The position numbers and the translations under genes were made by a program. Of a stretch of DNA of 37,722 nucleotides, positions 8,975-16,612 are shown piece after piece. The stretch comes from a virus (lineage: Duplodnaviria; Caudoviricetes), in the IMG/VR virus record IMGVR_UViG_3300032216_000683, positions 1 to 37,722 of that record. The stretch is one strand, 5' to 3'. How positions within the stretch are numbered: the stretch's first letter is position 1; every line of letters begins with the position of its first letter. A model generated the notes under the pieces. That model made no database searches and was not told the origin of the DNA. It was given only the letters and a program-made list of their open reading frames with translations.

Positions 8975-9748
8975 TTAATTCATAAAAAATTCTAAAGGAC
9001 TTCCGTAATTATTTTCCATCTCTCTTTCAAGACGCTCAATTTCTGTCGTAGCTTCTTGAAGAATTCTTCCGCCATTCAATGTAACTCCGCCCGGTAATTG
9101 AATGTTATCAAACTTAGCCATATTGTTACCCCAAGTTCTTTTAATAAGTGCTGTGGCATACTCTTTCAACCAACGGTCATTCCATACCAAATTATAAACA
9201 TCCGGATTAATCAAAGCATACGCTTCAGCGATAACAACTGTACCAGTAGGAGCTTCAGAATTACCCCAATTCCAATCAATATACAATCTTTGAGTATGTC
9301 TTTGGAATCGAATAGGAACTTCTCCAGTAAACATAATTTCTAGAGAGCGTAAGTGTTGATTTGTTAAAGTATAATTGATGTATGATGCGGAAGTAAAGTC
9401 ATACAACTCATTTAAACGAAGTTGATAACGAAGGTCAAACATATTAACGTTTGCTTGAGAATCGGATATTGGGAATATACGAGAAATACCAGCAATTTCT
9501 AAATTATTTCCCTGAGAATCTTTTGCTTGGCTGGCATCCAAATACCGGTTTGCAATATCGGTATTATTAAGTACTTTAATCCAATAGACCTTTTGAAGTC
9601 CATCAAAATGATAATCCTGAAAATATTGAAGTGCGTCATCGATACGGTCATTAACCTGGTCGTCATCCACGTTAATTTCGATGACGGGAAATCCAAGCCT
9701 ACGCTTGCAATAATCAATAAAATCTTGTCTGTTGGTAATGGTAGCCAT
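8975..9748 (-). CDS. gp13: Neck protein
   Basis: YCKRRLGFPVIEINVDDDQ, DYHFDG, WLKEYATALIKRTWG, QLPGGVTLNG. ATG at 9748 with AGGAG 6 nt upstream. Confidence 0.95.
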   Translation of the reverse strand: MATITNRQDFIDYCKRRLGFPVIEINVDDDQVNDRIDDALQYFQDYHFDGLQKVYWIKVLNNTDIANRYLDASQAKDSQGNNLEIAGISRIFPISDSQANVNMFDLRYQLRLNELYDFTSASYINYTLTNQHLRSLEIMFTGEVPIRFQRHTQRLYIDWNWGNSEAPTGTVVIAEAYALINPDVYNLVWNDRWLKEYATALIKRTWGNNMAKFDNIQLPGGVTLNGGRILQEATTEIERLEREMENNYGSPLEFFMN

Positions 9749-9769
9749 CAATATCTCCTGTGATGGAGG

Positions 9770-9777
9770 TATTTATA
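9770..9777 (-). promoter_or_regulatory. T4-type late promoter TATAAATA upstream of gp13
   Basis: Perfect consensus in intergenic DNA. Confidence 0.8.
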
Positions 9778-9804
9778 CCTTGCTCCATTTAAGTTTATTT
9801 GTGA

Positions 9805-10773
9805 TTAGAATGAAATGATATAAACAAATCCTGGTCCACCGTTACCTGCCGGTGATACTGTAGGATTATTTGAGTTTGAAGCACCTGCACCGCCACCGCC
9901 ACATCCTGGTGCACCATCACCGCCAGCACCTGCTATGCCACCTGTAATCGAACTTGAGCCGCCACCGCCTGAACCACCAAAATTCATCAAAAAGTTACGA
10001 CTAATAAAACCAGGAGATCCTGCTGGTGCTGGCAGGTCACTAACACTTTGCGTTCCCCCTGTTGTATTGGGGAAAAAATCTTGACCTAGTGAACCTGTGC
10101 TAGCGAGAAATCCATTGCCAGCATTTGGCGTATTACCTCCGCCACCACCACCTTGGCCACCTGTGACCATCAATCCTGTTGTGGGTATTGAAATAGCTGC
10201 ACCAGCACCAGCTGCTCTGCTACCACCTGTACCACCTGTTTGTCCTCCAAAAAAGTTGTATGCGCTTCTGCCTGCCAATGGCATATTGGCAATGGTTACA
10301 GATGTACCACCAGTACCACCAGGACTACCACCATTTGCTTCAGCGCCACCTGGAGAACCACCATTCGCAAGTAATAAAGTAAGATTAACTGTGAGTGTTG
10401 TATCAGGTTCAATTAATACATATGTTGGAGTTCCTGCTGTACCCGCAAGAGCAACAGTTGTTCCAGAAATACCACCTTGACCAGCAAGAATATAGAGTGT
10501 GTCTGGAATCATACTGGCGGGTATTAATAATGTTGTTTGACCGCCTGAACCTCCACCACCACCTCCACCAGCAGTAGCAGCTGCTCTACCACCAACACTT
10601 CCTGATCCACCGCCACCTACGCCAATGATGTAAACCCAATTTATACCTCTTGGTTTTCTCCAAGTTTGTAATTGTTGGCCACCGGATCCTGTACCTATAG
10701 TAGCACTAGCAGTTCCAATGAACTGTTGAAAGTCATAACCTGGAGTAGAAAGAATATGGTTAAAGTCTAACAT
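9805..10773 (-). CDS. Glycine-rich putative fibre-associated/adhesin protein, paralogue 3
   Basis: MLDFNH start, QTWRKPRG-xx-W-V-Y-I-I-G-VGGGG motif, C-terminal GNGGPGFVYIISF. Confidence 0.7.
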   Translation of the reverse strand: MLDFNHILSTPGYDFQQFIGTASATIGTGSGGQQLQTWRKPRGINWVYIIGVGGGGSGSVGGRAAATAGGGGGGGSGGQTTLLIPASMIPDTLYILAGQGGISGTTVALAGTAGTPTYVLIEPDTTLTVNLTLLLANGGSPGGAEANGGSPGGTGGTSVTIANMPLAGRSAYNFFGGQTGGTGGSRAAGAGAAISIPTTGLMVTGGQGGGGGGNTPNAGNGFLASTGSLGQDFFPNTTGGTQSVSDLPAPAGSPGFISRNFLMNFGGSGGGGSSSITGGIAGAGGDGAPGCGGGGAGASNSNNPTVSPAGNGGPGFVYIISF

Positions 10774-10774
10774 A

Positions 10775-11773
10775 TTATATACTTATAATGTAAATAAAAC
10801 CATCGCCGCCATCACCTGGTCTTGCTAGTGTTGTTACGCCTGTAGTTGATGAGGATCCACCAGCACCACCACCACCGCAACCTGGAGCTCCGTTACCACC
10901 AGCACCAGCAATACCACCTGATGTTTCTGAAGCTGCGCCACCTCCACCACCACCAAAATTCATTAACATATTTCTTACAATTATTCCATCTTGTCCTGCG
11001 GCAGCTGGCGTTGCACCTGTAGCAGCTGCCGGTGTTGTTCCAGTCAATGGAAAGAAATCAGAAGAACCTGTGCTAACACCACCTGTGGGCATAGTAATTA
11101 CTGAGCCTGCACCAAACACGGTTGCGGTTTTTCCTCCACCACCGCTACCACCTGTGACCATTGGGCCTGTTGTTGGTAATGTTACACTAGTACCAGCAGT
11201 ACCCGCAGTACCGTTACCACCGGTGGCGCCGACTTGGCCAGCATAAATTCTAAATATTCCTCGTCCCAAAAATGGTGTTGCGTTAAGTTGAATTGTAGCT
11301 CCAGCAGTACCAGCAGCACCAGCAGCAGTAGTACTTGCTGCACCACCACCACCACCGCCATTAGCATTTATTACAATTAATTGACTTGAACTACTATTAG
11401 GTTCACATATAGCCATTGTACCAATCCCAGCAACACCAGTAGCACCACTTGTTAATGTTGCTGGTTGTCTACCGCCCATACCACATTGAATGTATAGAAC
11501 ATCAGGAAGAAACATTGCTGGAATCATTAATGTTGTTTGTCCACCACTACCACCTCCTCCACCACCACCTGATGTTGTTGCGGTATTCACTCCACATCCA
11601 CCAGAACCCCCACCACCTACTACTATCATATAAATAAATTTACAACCTCTAGGTTTACGCCAAGTTTGCCATTGTTGTCCATTTTGGCTAATGGATCGAG
11701 CGGCTGAGCTGACAGCAGTAAAATACTGAATATCTGCGCCTGGAGTAGAAAGAACGTGATTAAAATCTAACAT
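10775..11773 (-). CDS. Glycine-rich putative fibre-associated/adhesin protein, paralogue 2
   Basis: MLDFNH start, WQTWRKPRG motif, C-terminal GDGGDGFIYIISI. Confidence 0.7.
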   Translation of the reverse strand: MLDFNHVLSTPGADIQYFTAVSSAARSISQNGQQWQTWRKPRGCKFIYMIVVGGGGSGGCGVNTATTSGGGGGGGSGGQTTLMIPAMFLPDVLYIQCGMGGRQPATLTSGATGVAGIGTMAICEPNSSSSQLIVINANGGGGGGAASTTAAGAAGTAGATIQLNATPFLGRGIFRIYAGQVGATGGNGTAGTAGTSVTLPTTGPMVTGGSGGGGKTATVFGAGSVITMPTGGVSTGSSDFFPLTGTTPAAATGATPAAAGQDGIIVRNMLMNFGGGGGGAASETSGGIAGAGGNGAPGCGGGGAGGSSSTTGVTTLARPGDGGDGFIYIISI

Positions 11774-11774
11774 T

Positions 11775-13226
11775 TTACCAACTTAATATAAGAACAAAAC
11801 CTGGCCCGCCTGCACCAGATTGTACATTAGGATTTGTTGTAGTTGCACCACCTGAACCTCCGCCACCCGATCCAGGTGTTCCGTTACCACCACGTCCAGA
11901 AATACCACCTGCAGTAGTAGTTGCACCTCCGCCACCACAACCACCACCATTAAATATAAAATGATTTGCAATAAAACCACCTTGTCCATCTACTGCTGGA
12001 GTTGAACCTGATGCTGCTGCTGCTCCAGTAGACAAGAGAGGGTAAAAATCTTGTCCTAAAATCAAGCCCGATTGGCCAATTCCACCACCAGCACCGCTAG
12101 TGCCACCACCACCACTACCGGGAAAACTCACGTTTCCTGTATTTGGAGCATTACTAATATCGCCCCCAACAGCATTCGGCGAACCTCCTGCGCCAGGACC
12201 TGCTGCGGCTGTCTGTAAATTATATAATCCTCGTCCAGCTAATGGCATATAACCAATTGTTGCTGCTGTCGCAAGAACTCCAGTACCACCACCTGTTGTA
12301 GCAGTAGCTGCAGAACCAGTAATAGTACCAGGATTTGCCCAAAATAAATTTTTATTTAAATCCATTCCTGTATTTGGTTCAATAGATATGTAAGTTGGAG
12401 TTCCACCAAGACCAACTGCACCACTTGTATTTTGCGCTGGTCCACCATTACCGGCAGCAATATAAAGAATATCAGGAACAAACATTGCTGGAATCATTAA
12501 TGTTGTTTGTCCACCGCCACCACCTCCTGCTCCACCACCCGATGTTGTTGCTGTATTCACTCCACATCCACCAGACGCCCCACCACCTACACCTAACATA
12601 TAAATCCATTTAATTCCACGAGGTTTACGCCAAGTTTGCCATTGCGGAATCAGTACGCTTACTGTTGCATCACCAACAACAGTAAATGTAGCTCCCGGAG
12701 TCGCAGTACCCGCAGTTGATGTTACTGCTGAACCACCTAGAGTTGCACTAATAGTAATTGATGTTGTGCTGGTAACTGTGATAATATAATAAGTGGTACC
12801 AGACACATAACCAGTAATAGAACCTGCGGTAAATGTACCTGTTATAGTAATTGGTTGACCAACTTTCCAATCTCCAGCAGATACAGTTAAAACGCCGCCA
12901 GTTGCCACAGTAACATCAGTTATGTTCGTAAACGATGATGTTACTAGAGCACCACCAGGACTTGCACTGATTTGAATTGTTGATCCGTTCACGGTGAGAA
13001 TATAATAGATAGCACCGGATGTGTAGCCAGTAATGGTACCTGGTAAATAATTACCAGTAATTTGAATTGCTTGACCAACTTGATAGTTACCTGAGGCTAG
13101 AAATAAAGCGCCAGCAGGAGCCATCGAAGAAATAGTTATTGCTGTGGGTGATGTTACCCATCCAGGTCCTTGAAAATACTGTGAATCTAAACCTGGAGTC
13201 GCAAGAACATGATTAAGATCCAGCAT
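11775..13226 (-). CDS. Glycine-rich putative fibre-associated protein, paralogue 1, with two inserted repeat domains
   Basis: Start reassigned to ATG 13226 (MLDLNH) by paralogy, which removes the overlap with the upstream gene. Has WQTWRKPRG and C-terminal GAGGPGFVLILSW. Confidence 0.7.
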   Translation of the reverse strand: MLDLNHVLATPGLDSQYFQGPGWVTSPTAITISSMAPAGALFLASGNYQVGQAIQITGNYLPGTITGYTSGAIYYILTVNGSTIQISASPGGALVTSSFTNITDVTVATGGVLTVSAGDWKVGQPITITGTFTAGSITGYVSGTTYYIITVTSTTSITISATLGGSAVTSTAGTATPGATFTVVGDATVSVLIPQWQTWRKPRGIKWIYMLGVGGGASGGCGVNTATTSGGGAGGGGGGQTTLMIPAMFVPDILYIAAGNGGPAQNTSGAVGLGGTPTYISIEPNTGMDLNKNLFWANPGTITGSAATATTGGGTGVLATAATIGYMPLAGRGLYNLQTAAAGPGAGGSPNAVGGDISNAPNTGNVSFPGSGGGGTSGAGGGIGQSGLILGQDFYPLLSTGAAAASGSTPAVDGQGGFIANHFIFNGGGCGGGGATTTAGGISGRGGNGTPGSGGGGSGGATTTNPNVQSGAGGPGFVLILSW

Positions 13227-13228
13227 TG

Positions 13229-13993
13229 TTAATATGCACCACCAATTGCCGTTACAGTCCAACCAGCAGCAACAGTAGTTCCTAATCCAACAAGAACGTG
13301 ATAACCAGGGGGTAATGCAATATTCATTGGATAATCTACGTCAGTTGTTGCCGCAGTTTGTGTTGCAGTAGTTGCTGGTAAAGAAACTTCACCATAAAAC
13401 ATATTAACGCTAACAAAGTCTTTTGGTTGACCTTGTGATGGTAAGTTTGTTACTAAATTAGGAACAACGTTTGCCACAGTATATGATGTTGTATTTCCTG
13501 ATACCGGAAAATAAATTACTTCACCACTAGGAGATGGACCAACAAATAAACGATATGTATTAGCGCCTGTGGCACCAGCCCAAGAAAATGTAATTGTTGA
13601 TGTATTAGATGTTGTGTTTGCTACTGTACTTTCTGCTGAAAACTGTGATGGTTGTCCGTATTGGTCAATTGATTGAACTACCGCATAATAACTACCAACT
13701 TGTAATGCACCACCAGTACCACTAAGTGATGCAGTAGGAGTTCCTGGTACCAAAGCTTGTGTCGTAAGTGCCGGATATCCTTCATTGAGATATATACGAG
13801 CAACAGTTGCAACGTTAGTACCAAGAGCCTTAAATCTTAAACGCTGAATAAATCCACCGTTGGTTGGATCTGCTTGATACACAATAGTATTATTAACGTT
13901 GTTACCGGTATAATCAGCAGCTGCCGTTGTTAAAATTACTGAGCCTTCAATGTCGCCTACTCTCGAATAAATGGGTGCTTGATTTCCTGCCAT
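13229..13993 (-). CDS. Putative virion adaptor protein with FN3-like insert
   Basis: AGGAG SD. Beta-rich sequence with central PGTPT...YYAVVQSID...ITFSWAGATGANTYRLF resembling a fibronectin-III-like pattern. Confidence 0.55.
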   Translation of the reverse strand: MAGNQAPIYSRVGDIEGSVILTTAAADYTGNNVNNTIVYQADPTNGGFIQRLRFKALGTNVATVARIYLNEGYPALTTQALVPGTPTASLSGTGGALQVGSYYAVVQSIDQYGQPSQFSAESTVANTTSNTSTITFSWAGATGANTYRLFVGPSPSGEVIYFPVSGNTTSYTVANVVPNLVTNLPSQGQPKDFVSVNMFYGEVSLPATTATQTAATTDVDYPMNIALPPGYHVLVGLGTTVAAGWTVTAIGGAY

Positions 13994-14016
13994 GTTATAA
14001 TCTCCTGATAATTAAA

Positions 14017-15819
14017 TTATGGTAACGCAAAGCCCATTGCTATTGCAGTTACTTGTCCTATTGTAATTGATGATCCGCCACTACCGCCACCAATTGGTAT
14101 AGGTTGATTATTGGCAGCATAGTAAAGTCCATTAGTATATATCGCATTAGAATATGCATTACCCGTAATACCTACACCACCTTGTACTTGTAATGCACCA
14201 GTAGTTGTTGATGTTGATGTATTACTATTAGCAACGATTAATTGATTTGCAATAGTACCACCAGAGAAACCACTGGTAGAAGCAATCGTTAATGTATTGG
14301 ATGTACCAACTGATGAAAGTATAATACCTGATCCAGCAACCAATGTTAATGGTGAGTTTGGAGTGTTTGCAATTAAATCTGGTTGACCAGAAACTTTAAT
14401 TACAGAGAAACTATTGGAAGAACTTCCGCCACCTCCACCCGATACAGAAGTTGTTGTAATGTTAGTCACACGACCATTTGCGGCTATAGTAACAACGGGC
14501 ACTAATGATCCACTACCAAAAGTTCCAGTAGATGATGTTAATGTAGTATAATCGCTATTAGCTAATGCTTGTAATGAAACAATATTAGCATTTGCTGAAT
14601 CCAATCCAGCTTTGATATAAACTGTATTAGCGTTAGCCGTTATAAGTCCGCCAGCAGTAACGTTAGCTTGATTATATGCTGATTGCATTTTACCATCAGT
14701 AGCAACACCATTAGCATTGGCTGTGATTAATCCAGCTTGTAATAAAGCAATATTAGTATTTTGAGTTAAGTCCACGCCTTGAGTAATTGCTGTATTAGCA
14801 TTGGCAGTAATTAATCCACCTGCAGTTACGTTGGCCTGTGCATAAACGGCGGTAGAATAATTATAAAGTTCTAATCCATTAACTACTGCCGTTGTAGCAA
14901 TTAAATTTGATTTTACATAACCAGCATTTAAGTTTGCTTTAACAAATGAAACATCATTAATATCAATATTATTGGTTGCATCTACTTCAGGAATATATCC
15001 TTGAAATACATAAAATTCTTTTGTTCCTGAATCACGAATTAATCCAGCATGTGCATTTGTGCCATCATTATAATGAGCAGCAAAACCAATATCTTTAGTA
15101 TCGCTTAAATAGTTACCAAGACCAAGTAAAATTAATGGATCGGCTACCGCCAGTTGTTGAACGTTTTGAGAGTTAATATTACCAGTAAGTATCAAATTAC
15201 CAGAAACAATTAAATCTTGGCTGATTGTCACATTACCACTAACAGTTTGATTAAGTGAACCAGTTAATGATAATTTATTAGAAATGTTGGTGTTTTGTGT
15301 AACATCAACACCTTCAATAATGGCCATTCTAGCATTTTGGCTTACATCCGTTCCTTCAATAATCGACATGCGATTATTCTGGCTTACATCAGTACCAAAT
15401 AAAATTGCTATATTAGCATTAGCTGAATCCAATCCAGCTTTAATGTATACTGTATTAGCATTAGCAGTAATCAATCCACCAGCAGTAACGTTGGCCTGAT
15501 TATAAGCCGATTGCATTTTACCATCAGTAGCAACACCATTAGCATTGGCCGTGATTAATCCAGCTTGTAATAAAGCAATATTAGCATTAGCTGAATCCAA
15601 TCCAGCTTTAATGTATACTGTATTAGCATTGCTGGTATCAACTAAAATACCATTAGAATATATTGCGGCCGCATACACATTTCCGGCAATACCAACACCA
15701 CCAGAAACAACTAAAGCACCAGTAATATTTGAGGTTGCTGGTGTTGTATTACTAATAACAAGATTAGAAGTGGTAATACCACTCGATATTAAATTAATAC
15801 TTGGTCTTGTTAATGCCAT
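14017..15819 (-). CDS. Tail-fibre-like protein with coiled-coil repeats
   Basis: MALTR start, two GAL-x-V-x-GGVGI-x-GN motifs, duplicated 58-aa coiled-coil block, GRVTNIT motif. Confidence 0.75.
   Translation of the reverse strand: MALTRPSINLISSGITTSNLVISNTTPATSNITGALVVSGGVGIAGNVYAAAIYSNGILVDTSNANTVYIKAGLDSANANIALLQAGLITANANGVATDGKMQSAYNQANVTAGGLITANANTVYIKAGLDSANANIAILFGTDVSQNNRMSIIEGTDVSQNARMAIIEGVDVTQNTNISNKLSLTGSLNQTVSGNVTISQDLIVSGNLILTGNINSQNVQQLAVADPLILLGLGNYLSDTKDIGFAAHYNDGTNAHAGLIRDSGTKEFYVFQGYIPEVDATNNIDINDVSFVKANLNAGYVKSNLIATTAVVNGLELYNYSTAVYAQANVTAGGLITANANTAITQGVDLTQNTNIALLQAGLITANANGVATDGKMQSAYNQANVTAGGLITANANTVYIKAGLDSANANIVSLQALANSDYTTLTSSTGTFGSGSLVPVVTIAANGRVTNITTTSVSGGGGGSSSNSFSVIKVSGQPDLIANTPNSPLTLVAGSGIILSSVGTSNTLTIASTSGFSGGTIANQLIVANSNTSTSTTTGALQVQGGVGITGNAYSNAIYTNGLYYAANNQPIPIGGGSGGSSITIGQVTAIAMGFALP
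14582..15630. repeat. Intragenic direct repeats (14582-14756 ~ 15410-15584; 15410-15462 = 15578-15630)
   Basis: Hand alignment: ~175-nt pair with about 15 mismatches, plus an exact 53-nt pair 168 nt apart. Confidence 0.9.
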
Positions 15820-15834
15820 TTTTTATTTTTCCGT

Positions 15835-15863
15835 AAATAGAAATGGCTCCCGTAGGAGCCATT
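15835..15863 (-). terminator. Hairpin with C(UACG)G tetraloop, probable terminator or processing element
   Basis: AATGGCTCC-TACG-GGAGCCATT followed by TCTATTT. Confidence 0.75.
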
Positions 15864-15881
15864 CATTCAAATAATATGATT

Positions 15882-15903
15882 GAATACTCCTGAGCAGGAG
15901 CAT
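15882..15903 (-). other. Second intergenic hairpin right after the 209-aa gene stop
   Basis: AATGCTCCT-GCTC-AGGAGTATT, a 9-bp stem with one G-U pair that forms only on the minus-strand RNA. Confidence 0.6.
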
Positions 15904-15910
15904 TACTGCA

Positions 15911-16540
15911 TTAAACTGGAACTTCTTCCCATTGGAAAGAACCGAAGAAACCGGAAGCACCAGATGCGGTTGATGTGTAAATGTGAACATATGAACCTGG
16001 TGGAAGAATAACAGAACCTTCCAAGTCGACCATAGTCATTGTAGTCGCATAGATGTTGGCAGGAGTAGCAATAAAGTTAACTGCACCAAAAATATGTGAA
16101 ACGATACCAGCAGTTGGTAGAGTTACAGAAGAAGCAACTAATCCTTGTGGAGTAGCACCACCTAAAAAACTGTTACGAGTTGTAATTGCAGTAGTCTGAG
16201 TAACAGCAGTAGTTGAGGTGTTAAATGCCAAGCCAACCACGATAGGAGCAGCAGGTAAAACGGTAAAAGCATAACCAACTTTATTTAACACACAGTTAAC
16301 AGTAGATGTTGTTGGATTGGTCAAAATCAAACCGGTTGTAGTAGTTGCCAAACCAGCAGTAGTTGTAACACCAGCCTGAGTGGCAGCAAAAAACTGGTTA
16401 CGGCGATAAGCGGTTTCATAATAACGACCATGAAGCTCTTGAACTACCATTTCACCAAGTTGACCTTGACGTAATGTTGGAGTTGTACCTGGTTGAATCG
16501 AAGTTGTGGACGGCTGTCCTACTGATCCTTGAATTAACAT
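15911..16540 (-). CDS. Hypothetical virion protein with its own late promoter and terminator
   Basis: 209 aa, GAAAGGAAG SD, Thr/Ala-rich beta-type sequence. Confidence 0.7.
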   Translation of the reverse strand: MLIQGSVGQPSTTSIQPGTTPTLRQGQLGEMVVQELHGRYYETAYRRNQFFAATQAGVTTTAGLATTTTGLILTNPTTSTVNCVLNKVGYAFTVLPAAPIVVGLAFNTSTTAVTQTTAITTRNSFLGGATPQGLVASSVTLPTAGIVSHIFGAVNFIATPANIYATTMTMVDLEGSVILPPGSYVHIYTSTASGASGFFGSFQWEEVPV

Positions 16541-16570
16541 TTTTTACTTCCTTTCAAATTAATGAATTTA

Positions 16571-16578
16571 TATTTATA
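16571..16578 (-). promoter_or_regulatory. T4-type late promoter TATAAATA (second variant ACTAAATA at 16590-16597)
   Basis: Perfect consensus in intergenic DNA, 30 nt upstream of the ATG. Confidence 0.8.
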
Positions 16579-16612
16579 AAATACACCATTATTTAGTGTA
16601 ACTTGGTTTTCT

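Noticed and set aside
9805-13226. Invertible fibre-switching cassette
   Set aside because: All paralogues are co-directional with their own starts. No invertase or inverted recombination sites were seen.
13227-13262. N-terminal extension MDCNGNWWCILT of the 495-aa ORF
   Set aside because: It overlaps the upstream gene, and both paralogues start at the MLD motif.
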